Source: Pseudomonadota bacterium (lineage in GTDB: Bacteria > Pseudomonadota > Gammaproteobacteria > Burkholderiales > Ferrovaceae). Taken from it: a stretch of DNA of 63,819 nt. The notes beneath the pieces are model-generated. The model saw only the letters and a list, made by a program, of their open reading frames with translations. It did not search any database and was not told the DNA's origin. Position 1 is the stretch's first letter. Each line of letters opens with the position of its first letter. The position numbers and the translations under genes were made by a program. Where the stretch lies: positions 1 through 63,819 of the forward strand of contig JAJZRV010000001.1 in assembly GCA_021850135.1 (NCBI GenBank), in the 5' to 3' direction. Below are positions 1 through 9,206 of the stretch, in pieces.

Positions 1-673
1 TTGCTCGATGCAACGTCGGCACCAAAAGATCATCGAAGAAGCCCCCGCCCCTGGCATCACCGAAAAGATGCGCAACAAAATCGGGGAAAGCTGCGTTGCC
101 GCCTGCAAGCGCATCAAATACCGCGGCGCCGGAACATTTGAATTCCTTTATGAAAACGGCGAGTTCTATTTCATAGAAATGAATACCCGCGTCCAGGTGG
201 AACACCCGGTCACGGAACTCATCACGGGTATTGATATCGTGCAGGAGCAAATCCGGATTGCCGCCGGCAACAAATTGTCCTTCCGCCAGAAGGACATCGT
301 TTTGCGAGGGCATGCCCTGGAGTGCCGGATCAACGCAGAGGATCCTTTTACATTTGTGCCGTCACCAGGCCGAATCACCCAGTACCATGCGCCAGGGGGG
401 CCCGGGGTTCGAATCGACTCCCACATCTACCATAATTACTTTGTCCCGCCTTATTACGATTCGCTGATCGCAAAGGTGCTGACGCACGGCGCCACGCGCG
501 AACAGGCCCTGGCCCGGATGCGCATTGCCTTGTCCGAAATGGTCATCGAGGGGATCAAGACCAACATCCCCCTTCACCAGCAGCTGCTGCAGGACAAGGG
601 GTTCATCGCCGGACAAACCAGCATTCATTATCTCCAGGAAAAACTGGCAGAAGATAAGGCAAAGCAGCCATAA
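1..673 (+). CDS. accC: acetyl-CoA carboxylase biotin carboxylase subunit, C-terminal part (5' end lies outside the window)
   Basis: The frame is open from the window edge. The translation [15 protein letters not shown]...[16 protein letters not shown]...ECRINAEDP matches the ATP-grasp/biotin carboxylase C-terminal half. The stop abuts the prmA start. Confidence 0.9.
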   Translation, partial: CSMQRRHQKIIEEAPAPGITEKMRNKIGESCVAACKRIKYRGAGTFEFLYENGEFYFIEMNTRVQVEHPVTELITGIDIVQEQIRIAAGNKLSFRQKDIVLRGHALECRINAEDPFTFVPSPGRITQYHAPGGPGVRIDSHIYHNYFVPPYYDSLIAKVLTHGATREQALARMRIALSEMVIEGIKTNIPLHQQLLQDKGFIAGQTSIHYLQEKLAEDKAKQP

Positions 674-1564
674 ATGGCCTGGACGCGCCTGATTGCCGAG
701 GTTTCCGCCGACCAGGCAGAAGCATTGTCGGATGCCCTCATGACCTGTGGCGCCCTGTCTGCAGGCATCGAGCAGAACCTCGCAGCGGGATATCCCGAGG
801 TGGAAGTTTTCGGCGAGCCCGGTGAACCCCCACCTGCCCTGTGGCCCCATTGCCTGGTGGATGCACTGATTCCCCTGACGGCAGATGCCCACGCCCTGAT
901 GCGCGAGGCCCTGTCCCTTGCCGGAATCCACGAGGTCCCTGGCTATCAAAGCGATACGATCGCAGACCAGGACTGGGTCCGGTTGACGCAAAGCCAGTTT
1001 GACCCCATTCGCGCCGCTCCAGGATTGTGGATCGTCCCGACCTGGCATCACCCCCCCGATCCGCAGGCGCTGAACATCCGTCTCGACCCCGGGCAGGCCT
1101 TTGGCACGGGAAGCCATCCCACGACGCAACTCTGCCTTGCCTGGCTGGTGCAGCACCGCCCCATGGGCCAGCACATCCTGGACTATGGCTGCGGCTCGGG
1201 TATCTTGGCCATTGCGGCCCGAATGCTGGGGGCCCGGAGCGTTGTGGGCGTAGACATCGATCCGGCCGCGGTTCAGTCCGCACGGGACAACGCAACACGA
1301 AACGGCGTCGATACTGATTTCTGCCTGCCCGATGACCTGCCTTCGGGGCAATTTGATGGAATCGTCGCCAACATCCTTGCGGCCCCCCTGGCGATGTTGG
1401 CGCCGCTGTTGATCGGTCGTCTCAAACCCGGTGGGTGGATCACATTGTCGGGCATCCTCGCCCGTCAGGCTGAAATGGTCATCGAGGCCTACCGGCCCGC
1501 CTGCAGCCTCACTGTGCACTCGCAATCAGGCGACTGGATCTGCCTTTCAGGCATAAAGGGATAA
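674..1564 (+). CDS. prmA: ribosomal protein L11 methyltransferase
   Basis: 296 aa. The N-terminus MAWTRL..AEALSDALM resembles PrmA. It carries the SAM motif LDYGCGSGILAI and sits in the conserved accC-prmA adjacency (TAA directly followed by ATG). Confidence 0.9.
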   Translation: MAWTRLIAEVSADQAEALSDALMTCGALSAGIEQNLAAGYPEVEVFGEPGEPPPALWPHCLVDALIPLTADAHALMREALSLAGIHEVPGYQSDTIADQDWVRLTQSQFDPIRAAPGLWIVPTWHHPPDPQALNIRLDPGQAFGTGSHPTTQLCLAWLVQHRPMGQHILDYGCGSGILAIAARMLGARSVVGVDIDPAAVQSARDNATRNGVDTDFCLPDDLPSGQFDGIVANILAAPLAMLAPLLIGRLKPGGWITLSGILARQAEMVIEAYRPACSLTVHSQSGDWICLSGIKG

Positions 1565-1595
1565 GTTATACTGCTGCGATAGAAGAGGATGCCCC

Positions 1596-1982
1596 ATGCC
1601 CGATCCCGATGATCGTCGTTACACCGCCACCCACCAATGGGCACGCCAGAATCCCGATGGTTCGCTCACCGTAGGGATTACCGATTTTGCCCAGTCTCAG
1701 CTCGGCGACGTGATGTTCGTGGAATTGCCCCCCGTTGGAAAAACCGTTGTCGCTGATGAGGCGTGCGCCGTAGTGGAATCGGTTAAATCGGCTTCGGACG
1801 TTCATGCGCCCGTGGCAGGCACTGTCATCGAAATCAATGAGGCACTCCCCCAGACACCGGAGTCCATCAATACACTTCCTTATGAAAGCTGGTTTTTCAA
1901 GTTGCAACCGGACGCTGCGCAAGCCTATAACCACCTGATGAACGCAGCGCAATACCACACCCTCATTGCCCAGGAGAGCTGA
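1596..1982 (+). CDS. gcvH: glycine cleavage system H protein / lipoyl-carrier protein
   Basis: 128 aa with YTATHQWAR...GITDFAQSQLGDVMFVELP and the lipoyl-lysine motif ESVKSASD. No gcvT or gcvP is present in the window. Confidence 0.85.
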   Translation: MPDPDDRRYTATHQWARQNPDGSLTVGITDFAQSQLGDVMFVELPPVGKTVVADEACAVVESVKSASDVHAPVAGTVIEINEALPQTPESINTLPYESWFFKLQPDAAQAYNHLMNAAQYHTLIAQES

Positions 1983-2483
1983 ATGTCTACAGTCACACTT
2001 GCAGGGAAGCCCATCAACGTTGCCGGAAGCTTTCCCCAGAAAGGGGCGAATGCTCCCGACTTTTCCCTCACGGGTAAAGATCTTTCGGACAACACCCTTG
2101 CCACCTACGCAGGAAAACGCAAGATTCTCAACATCGTGCCCAGCCTGGATACCCCGACCTGCGCCACTTCAACACGCAAATTCAACGAAAAGGCAAGCAG
2201 TCTTGGCAATACCGTCGTCCTGGTCATTGCAGCGGACCTGCCCTTCGCCATGTCCCGGTTTTGTGGTGCGGAAGGACTGGAGCGCGTCATTACCCTCTCC
2301 ACCTTCCGCGACCGCGCGTTTCACGAACGTTACGGCGTGGATATCACCGATGGCCCACTGAGGGGGCTGACCGCTCGCGCCGTCGTCGTCCTGGACGAAA
2401 ACAACCGGGTCCTGCACTCGCAGCTGGTTCCGGAAATCAAACATGAACCTGACTACGATGCAGCCCTGGCTGCCCTGGGCTGA
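1983..2483 (+). CDS. tpx: thiol peroxidase (atypical 2-Cys peroxiredoxin Tpx)
   Basis: 166 aa. Has the APDFSL motif and the peroxidatic Cys context PSLDTPTCA, and overall resembles Tpx. The ATG directly abuts the gcvH TGA. Confidence 0.9.
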   Translation: MSTVTLAGKPINVAGSFPQKGANAPDFSLTGKDLSDNTLATYAGKRKILNIVPSLDTPTCATSTRKFNEKASSLGNTVVLVIAADLPFAMSRFCGAEGLERVITLSTFRDRAFHERYGVDITDGPLRGLTARAVVVLDENNRVLHSQLVPEIKHEPDYDAALAALG

Positions 2484-3421
2484 TGAAAACCCTGATCTGC
2501 GGCTCCATGGCCTATGACACCATCATGGTGTTCGGGGATCGCTTTCAAAATCACATCCTGCCTGAAAAAATCCATATCTTGAGCGTGGCCTTTCTGGTGC
2601 CGGAAATGCGTCGGGAATTTGGAGGAACCGCCGGCAACATCGCCTACAACCTCAAGTTGCTGGAGGGCGAACCCTTGATCATGTCCACGGTGGGGCATGA
2701 TTTTGCAGACTATCGCCAGCGCCTGGACACCCTGGATATCCCGCAAACCCACATCCGCGAGGTGCCCGAGGCATTCACGGCGCAAGCCTTTATCACTACC
2801 GATCTCGACGACAACCAGATCACGGCATTCCACCCTGGCGCCATGAGTCATGCCCACCTCAACCAGGTTTCAGAGGCCCGCGACGCCCAATTCGGCATCA
2901 TTGCACCGGATGGCCGCGAAGGCATGCAACAGCATGCCCGACAGTTTCACGAAGCCCACATCCCGTTCCTGTTTGATCCCGGACAGGGTCTGCCAATGTT
3001 TTCAGGACCTGAAATCCTGGAGTTTCTTGATCTGGCCGATTACCTTGCTGTCAACGATTACGAAGCCCAGCTCATCACCGAGAAGACCGGACTTTCCTTT
3101 GAGCAGCTTGCCACGCGCGTCAAAGCAGCTGTAGTCACCAAGGGTGCGGAGGGCTCCATCATCCACGCTGAAGGGGAGATCATCCATATCCCAGCCGTTC
3201 GCCCCGACAACATTGAAGACCCCACTGGGTGTGGGGACGCCTACCGGGCCGGCCTGATTTACGGAATATCCAAAGGGTGGCCCTGGGCCCGGACGGGGCG
3301 CCTGGCCTCTTTGATGGGAGCCATCAAGATTGCGCACCGAGGAGGGCAGAACCACCGGCTGACGCGCGCCGAGATTGCCAGCCGATTCGAGCAGGCATTT
3401 GGCATCCCGCTGGACCCATGA
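2483..3421 (+). CDS. PfkB-family carbohydrate/nucleoside kinase (adenosine-kinase-like)
   Basis: 312 aa with N-terminal GSMAYD, a GGTAGN-type motif and the C-terminal anion-hole motif DPTGCGDAYRAG. The start overlaps the tpx stop by 1 nt (TGATG). Confidence 0.75.
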   Translation: MKTLICGSMAYDTIMVFGDRFQNHILPEKIHILSVAFLVPEMRREFGGTAGNIAYNLKLLEGEPLIMSTVGHDFADYRQRLDTLDIPQTHIREVPEAFTAQAFITTDLDDNQITAFHPGAMSHAHLNQVSEARDAQFGIIAPDGREGMQQHARQFHEAHIPFLFDPGQGLPMFSGPEILEFLDLADYLAVNDYEAQLITEKTGLSFEQLATRVKAAVVTKGAEGSIIHAEGEIIHIPAVRPDNIEDPTGCGDAYRAGLIYGISKGWPWARTGRLASLMGAIKIAHRGGQNHRLTRAEIASRFEQAFGIPLDP

Positions 3422-4233
3422 GACTGTTAGCGCTTACTTACAGGATTACCCTGATTCAGTTGCACGTGTTTCGTGGCGTTATCGCCAGCGCGCTGGTCCT
3501 GCCTTGGGTGGGGCCCAAATTCCGCGATCGCATGATCCGGGACTGGTCCCTGGGTCTGCTCCACAAGCTGCGGATTACGGTACAGGTTCAGGGCAGCTTG
3601 CCCGATCCCGGGCAACACCCTGTCGTGCTGACGTCCAATCATATTTCCTGGGTGGATATTTTTGTCATCCACTCGGTCCGCCCCGTACGTTTCGTTTCCA
3701 AAGCAGAGGTTCGCCAATGGCCGGTATTTGGCTGGCTGGCAGCCAAGACAGGCACTTTATTTCTGGCGCGCGCTTCGCGCAAACAAACGGCAGCCATCGG
3801 CGAAGAAATGGAAAAGGCCTTAAACCAGGGCGACAGCCTGGGATTATTCCCGGAATCCACCACCTCTGAGGGCAGTTCAGTTCTGCCATTTCGCAGTTCC
3901 ATGTTGCAGGCCGCCGTCAGTTGCCAGACGCCCATTCTTCCCTTGGCCCTCCAATATCGGCTGAGTGACGGCACAGCCAACCCCCATCTCCCCTTTATCG
4001 GAGAAATGACCTTTGCGCATTCCCTGATCAAGGTTCTGAAAGCGCCGCCATCCCATGTACGGATTCAGGTCGGTCCCTTGGTCCATCCCTCACAGATGCA
4101 CCGCAGGGAACTGGCACAACAGCTGGAACAGATCACCTTGGGTCTGCTCACGGATGCTGGAGACCGCCGTGATGCGAGCGCTTTTCGCACTGCACCTGGA
4201 ACAGCGCCTGATCTTCGAGCCTCACCGCAGTAA
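3418..4233 (+). CDS. 1-acyl-sn-glycerol-3-phosphate acyltransferase-like (PlsC family)
   Basis: The track ORF 3229..4233 overlaps the kinase. The internal ATG at 3418 forms an ATGA overlap with the kinase stop and gives MRLLALTYR.... The acyltransferase motifs SNHISWVD (HX4D) and FPESTTS (FPEGT-like) are present. Confidence 0.75.
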   Translation: MRLLALTYRITLIQLHVFRGVIASALVLPWVGPKFRDRMIRDWSLGLLHKLRITVQVQGSLPDPGQHPVVLTSNHISWVDIFVIHSVRPVRFVSKAEVRQWPVFGWLAAKTGTLFLARASRKQTAAIGEEMEKALNQGDSLGLFPESTTSEGSSVLPFRSSMLQAAVSCQTPILPLALQYRLSDGTANPHLPFIGEMTFAHSLIKVLKAPPSHVRIQVGPLVHPSQMHRRELAQQLEQITLGLLTDAGDRRDASAFRTAPGTAPDLRASPQ

Positions 4234-4981
4234 GTTGCCCGCCCCAGAGGCAGCCCGTGTCCAGGGCCAGCACATTGGAATCCAGCCTCAGCCCCAAAGC
4301 CGACCAATGGCCGAAAATGATTTTATCCGCGCGTGACCGACGCTCCGGCACCTCGTACCAGGGAAGGTACCCCCGTGGCAAATTCCTCGGCTCGCCCTTG
4401 TGGGTAAACTCCATCTCCCCTTCGGCAGTGCATAGGCGCAGGCGGGTCATGGCATTAGTGATGACGCGCAAACGATCCATGCCGGTCAATTCATCCGACC
4501 ATTGGTGAGGCCGGTTGCCGTACATGACCTTGAGAAATTCGCGGTAATTCGGCATTTGCAGGGCGGCTTCAACCTCCCGTGCCAGGAGACCGGCCTGGGA
4601 TACGGTCCATTGCGGCAACAAACCGGCATGAACCAGCGCAAACCCGTTTTCGCAATGCATCAGGGGCTGGCACCGCAACCATTCCAGGAGCGCGTCACAG
4701 TCACTGGCTTCCAGGATGGGGCGCAAGGTATCCCCTTCATGGTGCCTGGCAAACCCTTCGGCCACACACAGGAGGTGCAGGTCGTGGTTGCCCAGCACGG
4801 TGACTGCCCGCGAGCCCAGGCTTTTCACGAACCTCAGGGTTTCCAGGGACTGCGGCCCGCGATTGACCAGATCCCCCACAAACCACAGGCGGTCGCGGCT
4901 CCAATCCATTGGTAATTTGGACAGAAGCGATTCCAGGGGGGTCAAACAACCCTGGAGATCACCAATGGCATAAGTGCTCAC
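4148..4981 (-). CDS. apaH: bis(5'-nucleosyl)-tetraphosphatase, symmetrical
   Basis: 277 aa with the metallophosphoesterase motifs GDLQGC, GDLVNRG and GNHD, and overall ApaH-like sequence. Confidence 0.9.
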   Translation of the reverse strand: MSTYAIGDLQGCLTPLESLLSKLPMDWSRDRLWFVGDLVNRGPQSLETLRFVKSLGSRAVTVLGNHDLHLLCVAEGFARHHEGDTLRPILEASDCDALLEWLRCQPLMHCENGFALVHAGLLPQWTVSQAGLLAREVEAALQMPNYREFLKVMYGNRPHQWSDELTGMDRLRVITNAMTRLRLCTAEGEMEFTHKGEPRNLPRGYLPWYEVPERRSRADKIIFGHWSALGLRLDSNVLALDTGCLWGGQLTAVRLEDQALFQVQCEKRSHHGGLQHP

Positions 4982-5004
4982 GGGCGGCTCCCCCCGCGAC
5001 GTGT

Positions 5005-5529
5005 CTACTTTGCTGCGGCGACGATGTAGTCCACCGTTGCTTTGATCTCAGCATCCGAAAGCGATGGGTTGCCCCCCTTGGCAGGCATATTGTTCTTGCC
5101 CTTGAGCGCACTGGTGTAGAGCACATCCATCCCCTGAGCAATCCGTGGCGCCCATGCCGCCTTGTCACCCAGTTTGGGCGCTCCCAACGCACCGGTACTG
5201 TGGCACCCCGTGCAGATGGCATTGAAGGTTGTCTCGCCCACGTTGCCCGCCGGACCCGCCTTGGGCTTGGGCGACTCTCCAGCAGCCGGCGCGTCCGCGC
5301 CCGCTGCAACAACGGGCGCAGGGCGCGATGGGGCAGCAATCGACACCTCACCCAAAGGTTTGATGCGATCCTCGATGGCCTTAACCGTCGCCGCATCCTG
5401 GGGCACGATACCGGCACTCCTTCTGTTCGCAAGAATGCTTTGAAGCAACGCGACGGCAACGACGACAATGACCAGGATCAATATCCACTTGGCTACCGAA
5501 GACTTGGAACCGGATTTGGTATTTGCCAT
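5005..5529 (-). CDS. membrane-anchored c-type cytochrome (cytochrome c5-like)
   Basis: One CXXCH haem motif (CTGCH), an N-terminal TM helix WILILVIVVVAVALL and an Ala/Pro-rich linker. I chose the ATG at 5529 (MANTKSG) because AAGGA lies 8 nt upstream. The track ORF extends to 5625. Confidence 0.75.
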   Translation of the reverse strand: MANTKSGSKSSVAKWILILVIVVVAVALLQSILANRRSAGIVPQDAATVKAIEDRIKPLGEVSIAAPSRPAPVVAAGADAPAAGESPKPKAGPAGNVGETTFNAICTGCHSTGALGAPKLGDKAAWAPRIAQGMDVLYTSALKGKNNMPAKGGNPSLSDAEIKATVDYIVAAAK

Positions 5530-5650
5530 GAACTGCATCCTTGCAGGTATTTGAAGGTTTGAATGTGGGATTATACTCCGTGATCCCGCCCCGAACCATG
5601 GGGTAAACTGGACGCAACCCCTCAATTTTGCTAGAGTTTCACTCCCGCAC

Positions 5651-5727
5651 GCGCCCGTAGCTCAGTTGGATAGAGTGTTGGTTTCCGAAGCCAAAGGTCA
5701 CAGGTTCGATTCCTGTCGGGCGCGCCA
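5651..5727 (+). tRNA. tRNA-Arg (anticodon CCG)
   Basis: Hand-folded 77-nt cloverleaf: acceptor GCGCCCG/CGGGCGC, D arm GCTC..GAGT, anticodon stem TTGGT/GCCAA with loop TTCCGAA (CCG), T arm ACAGG-TTCGATT-CCTGT, and encoded CCA. It closely resembles the enterobacterial tRNA-Arg(CCG). Confidence 0.92.
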
Positions 5728-5860
5728 CAAATTCAAAGGTGTATCCGGAGACACGACGATCTCTCGCCTTGCTACCATTACCGCACTGATTCTGGGAAGC
5801 GTGCTCGCTTACGGCAACGCAAACAGCAACCAACCCCAAAGCGGCACCCGAAACACCCTG

Positions 5861-7342
5861 ATGTCCAGCGCACCCAATACGGTCGCCGCACTCGATCCGG
5901 ACGCATTGCAAAGCCAGTGGCTCAGCCAATACCCGACCGATCAGCAAGCGTTGTTCCACTCCCCGGTTTGTGGCGTTGCGGTCAACAAATTCGAGTACGC
6001 CACCGTTGGCGGCGCAGGGGAGGGAACCAATGCTTCCGGGGCGCTGATGACGCCTACGGGACCGGCGCCCCAGTGTCATGGGCCAAGGCCCATCGTGTTG
6101 TATGCCCACGGCACGGCGATCGCTCGCAGCGAAGACTTCTCCGCCGTCAATGATCCCGGGAATCCGGCGTACGGACCCGCAACGCGCATCGCCCTGATTT
6201 TTGCAGCTCAAGGTTATATCGTCATCGCGCCGAATTATGCGGGTTACGATCTTTCCCGGTTGCCCTATGCCCCATATCTCAACGAAAAACAGCAGTCGCA
6301 GGACATGCTCGATGGTTTGACTGCAGGCCGCCAGATGTTGGCCCTCATCAACAACGGCACTTCAGACAGCGGAAAATTGTTCGTGACGGGCTACTCCCAG
6401 GGAGGGTACGTCTCCATGGCAACGCTCAAAGCCCTGGATGCCGAAGGCCGGCCAGCCACAGCCGGCGCCCCCATGTCGGGCCCTTATGCCCTGGCCGCCG
6501 CCGGAGACGAGGTGTTCCTGGGCCATCCAAACTTCGGCGCCACGGTTTACCTTTCAATGATTGCAAACTCCTATGCACATCTGCCTCAGAACCCGGTCAA
6601 TCTCCACCAGATCTTCAACCCGCTCTATGCCGATGCACCCACGCTCTTCCCTGGTACGGTAGATAGGGCCCATTTTGAAAACCTGGTCCGCGCCGGAAAA
6701 ATCCCGTTGACCGCCGTTTTTCAGTCGCCCCCGACGGGTTACGATAACCTGGATGCCCTGCACGAGGGGCTGCTGGGCTCCATCTGGTTTGACCCGTCTA
6801 ACTATCTGATCAGCACCGACTTTCGGGAAGCCTACGTGAGCGATATGGAGACCCGTCCGGATGGGGCAGCCCCCCTGGATGGTTCTGCGCCGGACTTTGC
6901 TAAGACATTGCCCCTTCTGCCAGAAAAACCAGAAAATCTCATGCGTCAGCTTTTGCGGGCCAACGATTTACGCGACTATTCGCCGGCCATGCCATTATTG
7001 TTGTGCGGAGCAAACCGGGATCCGGAGGTTTTCTGGAATCAAGGGACAGGAGTCATGTCCGCGATGCTGAGCAACAAGGCCCTGCAAAGCCCCGCCCTGC
7101 GCTTTGCCACTTTGGATCTCGATACCCGTGGCACCCCCGGCACATTCACGAGCCAGGGTTTGACCGGAGCGCAAAGCATGGCAATGCAACAAGTCGCCGC
7201 TACCGTTCAATCCGCATTTGTGGCGCATCAATACCACAATGAAGTGGACAAACTGATCCTGCTTCTTGGGCTGGAAGGCTACCACAGCGCTGAAGAGCCT
7301 TATTGCGCCGTCGCGGCGAGGGCCTTTTTCAATCTATACTGA
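5861..7342 (+). CDS. alpha/beta hydrolase (secreted lipase/esterase-like); true start probably upstream near 5759
   Basis: Nucleophile elbow GYSQGG in the context FVTGYSQGGYVSMATL. The track ORF begins inside the tRNA, which is impossible. 5861 is the first ATG after the tRNA, but a signal-peptide-like segment SRLATITALILGSVLAYGNA is encoded upstream of it with no ATG/GTG/TTG preceding the hydrophobic segment (the only canonical codon, GTG 5801, lies inside it). Confidence 0.7.
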   Translation: MSSAPNTVAALDPDALQSQWLSQYPTDQQALFHSPVCGVAVNKFEYATVGGAGEGTNASGALMTPTGPAPQCHGPRPIVLYAHGTAIARSEDFSAVNDPGNPAYGPATRIALIFAAQGYIVIAPNYAGYDLSRLPYAPYLNEKQQSQDMLDGLTAGRQMLALINNGTSDSGKLFVTGYSQGGYVSMATLKALDAEGRPATAGAPMSGPYALAAAGDEVFLGHPNFGATVYLSMIANSYAHLPQNPVNLHQIFNPLYADAPTLFPGTVDRAHFENLVRAGKIPLTAVFQSPPTGYDNLDALHEGLLGSIWFDPSNYLISTDFREAYVSDMETRPDGAAPLDGSAPDFAKTLPLLPEKPENLMRQLLRANDLRDYSPAMPLLLCGANRDPEVFWNQGTGVMSAMLSNKALQSPALRFATLDLDTRGTPGTFTSQGLTGAQSMAMQQVAATVQSAFVAHQYHNEVDKLILLLGLEGYHSAEEPYCAVAARAFFNLY

Positions 7343-7489
7343 CCACCCATTTCTCCATTGACTGCGGTCGTATTGGTAGCGATTCATCATCATGTCATCA
7401 ACAACCTCCATAGTCTGCCCCGCAAGCAGAGCAGCTTTCTGTGACTTGCACTTCATATCAATCACTCAAAGCAACTGGAGGTATCCCGA

Positions 7490-9190
7490 GTGTTTCGCAT
7501 CCCTATCATGCCCCTGTCCGTTGCCAGCCTGACCCTGGCGCTCGCTGCCTGCGGCGGCAGCTCGACAACGATGCCACCGCTTGTGACCGCTGCCGCACTG
7601 ACGACGGCAACGCCCATCAAGCATGTCGTGGTCATCTATAACGAGAATGTGTCTTTCGATCATTATTTCGCGACTTACCCCAACGCAACCAATCCGGCAG
7701 GATCCCCCAGTTTCACCGCTGCTGCAGGGACGCCGACGGTCAACGGACTGACCGGATCACTGCTCACGAGCAACCCGAATTTCCTGAATAGCGCGAACGG
7801 CGCGGGCGCCGTCAATCCATTCCGGCTGGATCGTTCACAAGCCGCCACCGCCGACCAGAATCATGCTTACACGGCAGAAGAACAGGCTTACGACAATGGC
7901 CTTGTGGACCTGTTTCCGAAATACGCCGGACACGCCACGGCCGGAAGCGTAGGCGGATCGGGCACGAGCGGTCAGGTCATGGGGTACTATGACGGCAACA
8001 CCGTCACCGCACTCTGGAACTATGCCCAGCATTTTGCGATGAACGACAACGCCTTCACGGACACCTACGGCCCCTCGACGCCCGGCGCGCTCGAAGCCAT
8101 TTCGGGACAGACCAACGGCGTCCAGCTCGTTGCAACCACCAAACAACCCTTCACGCTGTCCGCTTATTCCTACTACATCAACGATGGTCAAGGCGGCTAT
8201 ACCCTGATCAACGACGTGGATCCCGGCTACGACGTATGCTCGAGCGCCACCGATCAGATCATGATGAGCGGTAAAAACATCGGCGACCTGTTGAACGGCG
8301 CAAGCATTCCCTGGGGCGGCTTCATGGGCGGCTTCAATCTTGGCGCCACCAATGCCAACGGAACGACGGGCTGTAAACTCAGCACCTACTCCCCCGTCGT
8401 CGGTGCCACCATTACGGACTATATCCCGCACCACAACTGGTTCCAGTACTACAAGTCCACCTCCAACCCAACCCATGCACGCCCCAGCTCGGTGCAGTCC
8501 GTGGGTTACACGTTCCAGGCAGATGGCAAAACACTGGATCCCGCTAATCACCAATATGACCTTCAGGATTTTTTCAGCGCCGTGAAGGCAGGAAATTTCC
8601 CTGCGGTCAGCTACCTCAAGTCTCCCGCTTATCAGGATGCCCATGCCGGCTACTCCGATCCGCTCGACGAACAGGCATTCATCACTCAGGTGGTCAATTT
8701 TCTGCAGCAGCAGCCCGATTGGAAGAATACGGTGGTCATCGTCGCCTATGACGACTCTGACGGCTGGTACGACCACGCCTTTGCCACGACAACCAGCCCT
8801 TCCTTTGACGGCCAAGCCGATCAGCTCAATGGCCCCGGCGTCTGCGGCAGTGGCACACCGCTTGTCGGAGTCAATGGAAAGCCTGTCAACGGTCGCTGCG
8901 GTCCCGGAACACGCATCCCGTTCCTGGTCATCTCGCCCTGGGCCAAAGCCAATTACGTGGATCACACTCCCATCAGCCAGGCATCGATTGTCCGATTTAT
9001 CGAAGACAACTGGCTGGGTGGACAACGTCTTGGCGGAGGCTCCTTTGACGCCAGCGCCGGAAGCATCATGGGCATGTTCGACTTCACCGGTGGCGGCAAC
9101 GTGCCGGCGCTTTACCTTGACACGACGTTTGGCACACCTTTGAACACGCCACCCGTCATCCTCAAACAGACTTCGGCATCAAGCCACTGA
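7490..9190 (+). CDS. phosphoesterase-family lipoprotein (acid phosphatase AcpA / phospholipase C family)
   Basis: 566 aa. GTG start 9 nt after GGAGG. Has the lipobox LALAAC and the family N-terminal signature IKHVVVIYNENVSFDHYFATYP. Confidence 0.8.
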   Translation: MFRIPIMPLSVASLTLALAACGGSSTTMPPLVTAAALTTATPIKHVVVIYNENVSFDHYFATYPNATNPAGSPSFTAAAGTPTVNGLTGSLLTSNPNFLNSANGAGAVNPFRLDRSQAATADQNHAYTAEEQAYDNGLVDLFPKYAGHATAGSVGGSGTSGQVMGYYDGNTVTALWNYAQHFAMNDNAFTDTYGPSTPGALEAISGQTNGVQLVATTKQPFTLSAYSYYINDGQGGYTLINDVDPGYDVCSSATDQIMMSGKNIGDLLNGASIPWGGFMGGFNLGATNANGTTGCKLSTYSPVVGATITDYIPHHNWFQYYKSTSNPTHARPSSVQSVGYTFQADGKTLDPANHQYDLQDFFSAVKAGNFPAVSYLKSPAYQDAHAGYSDPLDEQAFITQVVNFLQQQPDWKNTVVIVAYDDSDGWYDHAFATTTSPSFDGQADQLNGPGVCGSGTPLVGVNGKPVNGRCGPGTRIPFLVISPWAKANYVDHTPISQASIVRFIEDNWLGGQRLGGGSFDASAGSIMGMFDFTGGGNVPALYLDTTFGTPLNTPPVILKQTSASSH

Positions 9191-9206
9191 CCCCCAAACC
9201 GCAGCA

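Noticed and set aside
362-1525. 387-aa ORF antisense to accC/prmA.
   Set aside because: The opposite strand encodes clearly recognisable PrmA. The antisense translation is Arg/Gly/Pro-rich and low-complexity with no motif. This is a typical shadow ORF in GC-rich DNA.
3461-3480. Other CACGTG-containing sequences (e.g. AGTTGCACGTGTTTCG) considered as extra parS sites.
   Set aside because: They have too many mismatches to the 16-bp parS consensus and lie inside coding sequence. My manual scan of 64 kb may nevertheless have missed sites.
5639-6211. Minus-strand 190-aa ORF, and the 5' part of the plus-strand ORF (from 5666), both overlapping the tRNA-Arg gene.
   Set aside because: A well-folded tRNA occupies 5651..5727, so protein coding across it is implausible.
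7835-9025. 396-aa ORF antisense to the phosphoesterase gene.
   Set aside because: Shadow ORF. The sense strand has family signatures, a lipobox and an RBS, while the antisense product has no recognisable features.
5728-9190. Possible genomic islet inserted at tRNA-Arg (the hydrolase plus the phosphoesterase).
   Set aside because: There is no integrase or mobility gene, and no obvious compositional shift by eye. The only repeat of the tRNA 3' end I found is a 10-bp match (TCGGGCGCGC at 9517..9526) inside the GT9 coding sequence, which is compatible with chance.
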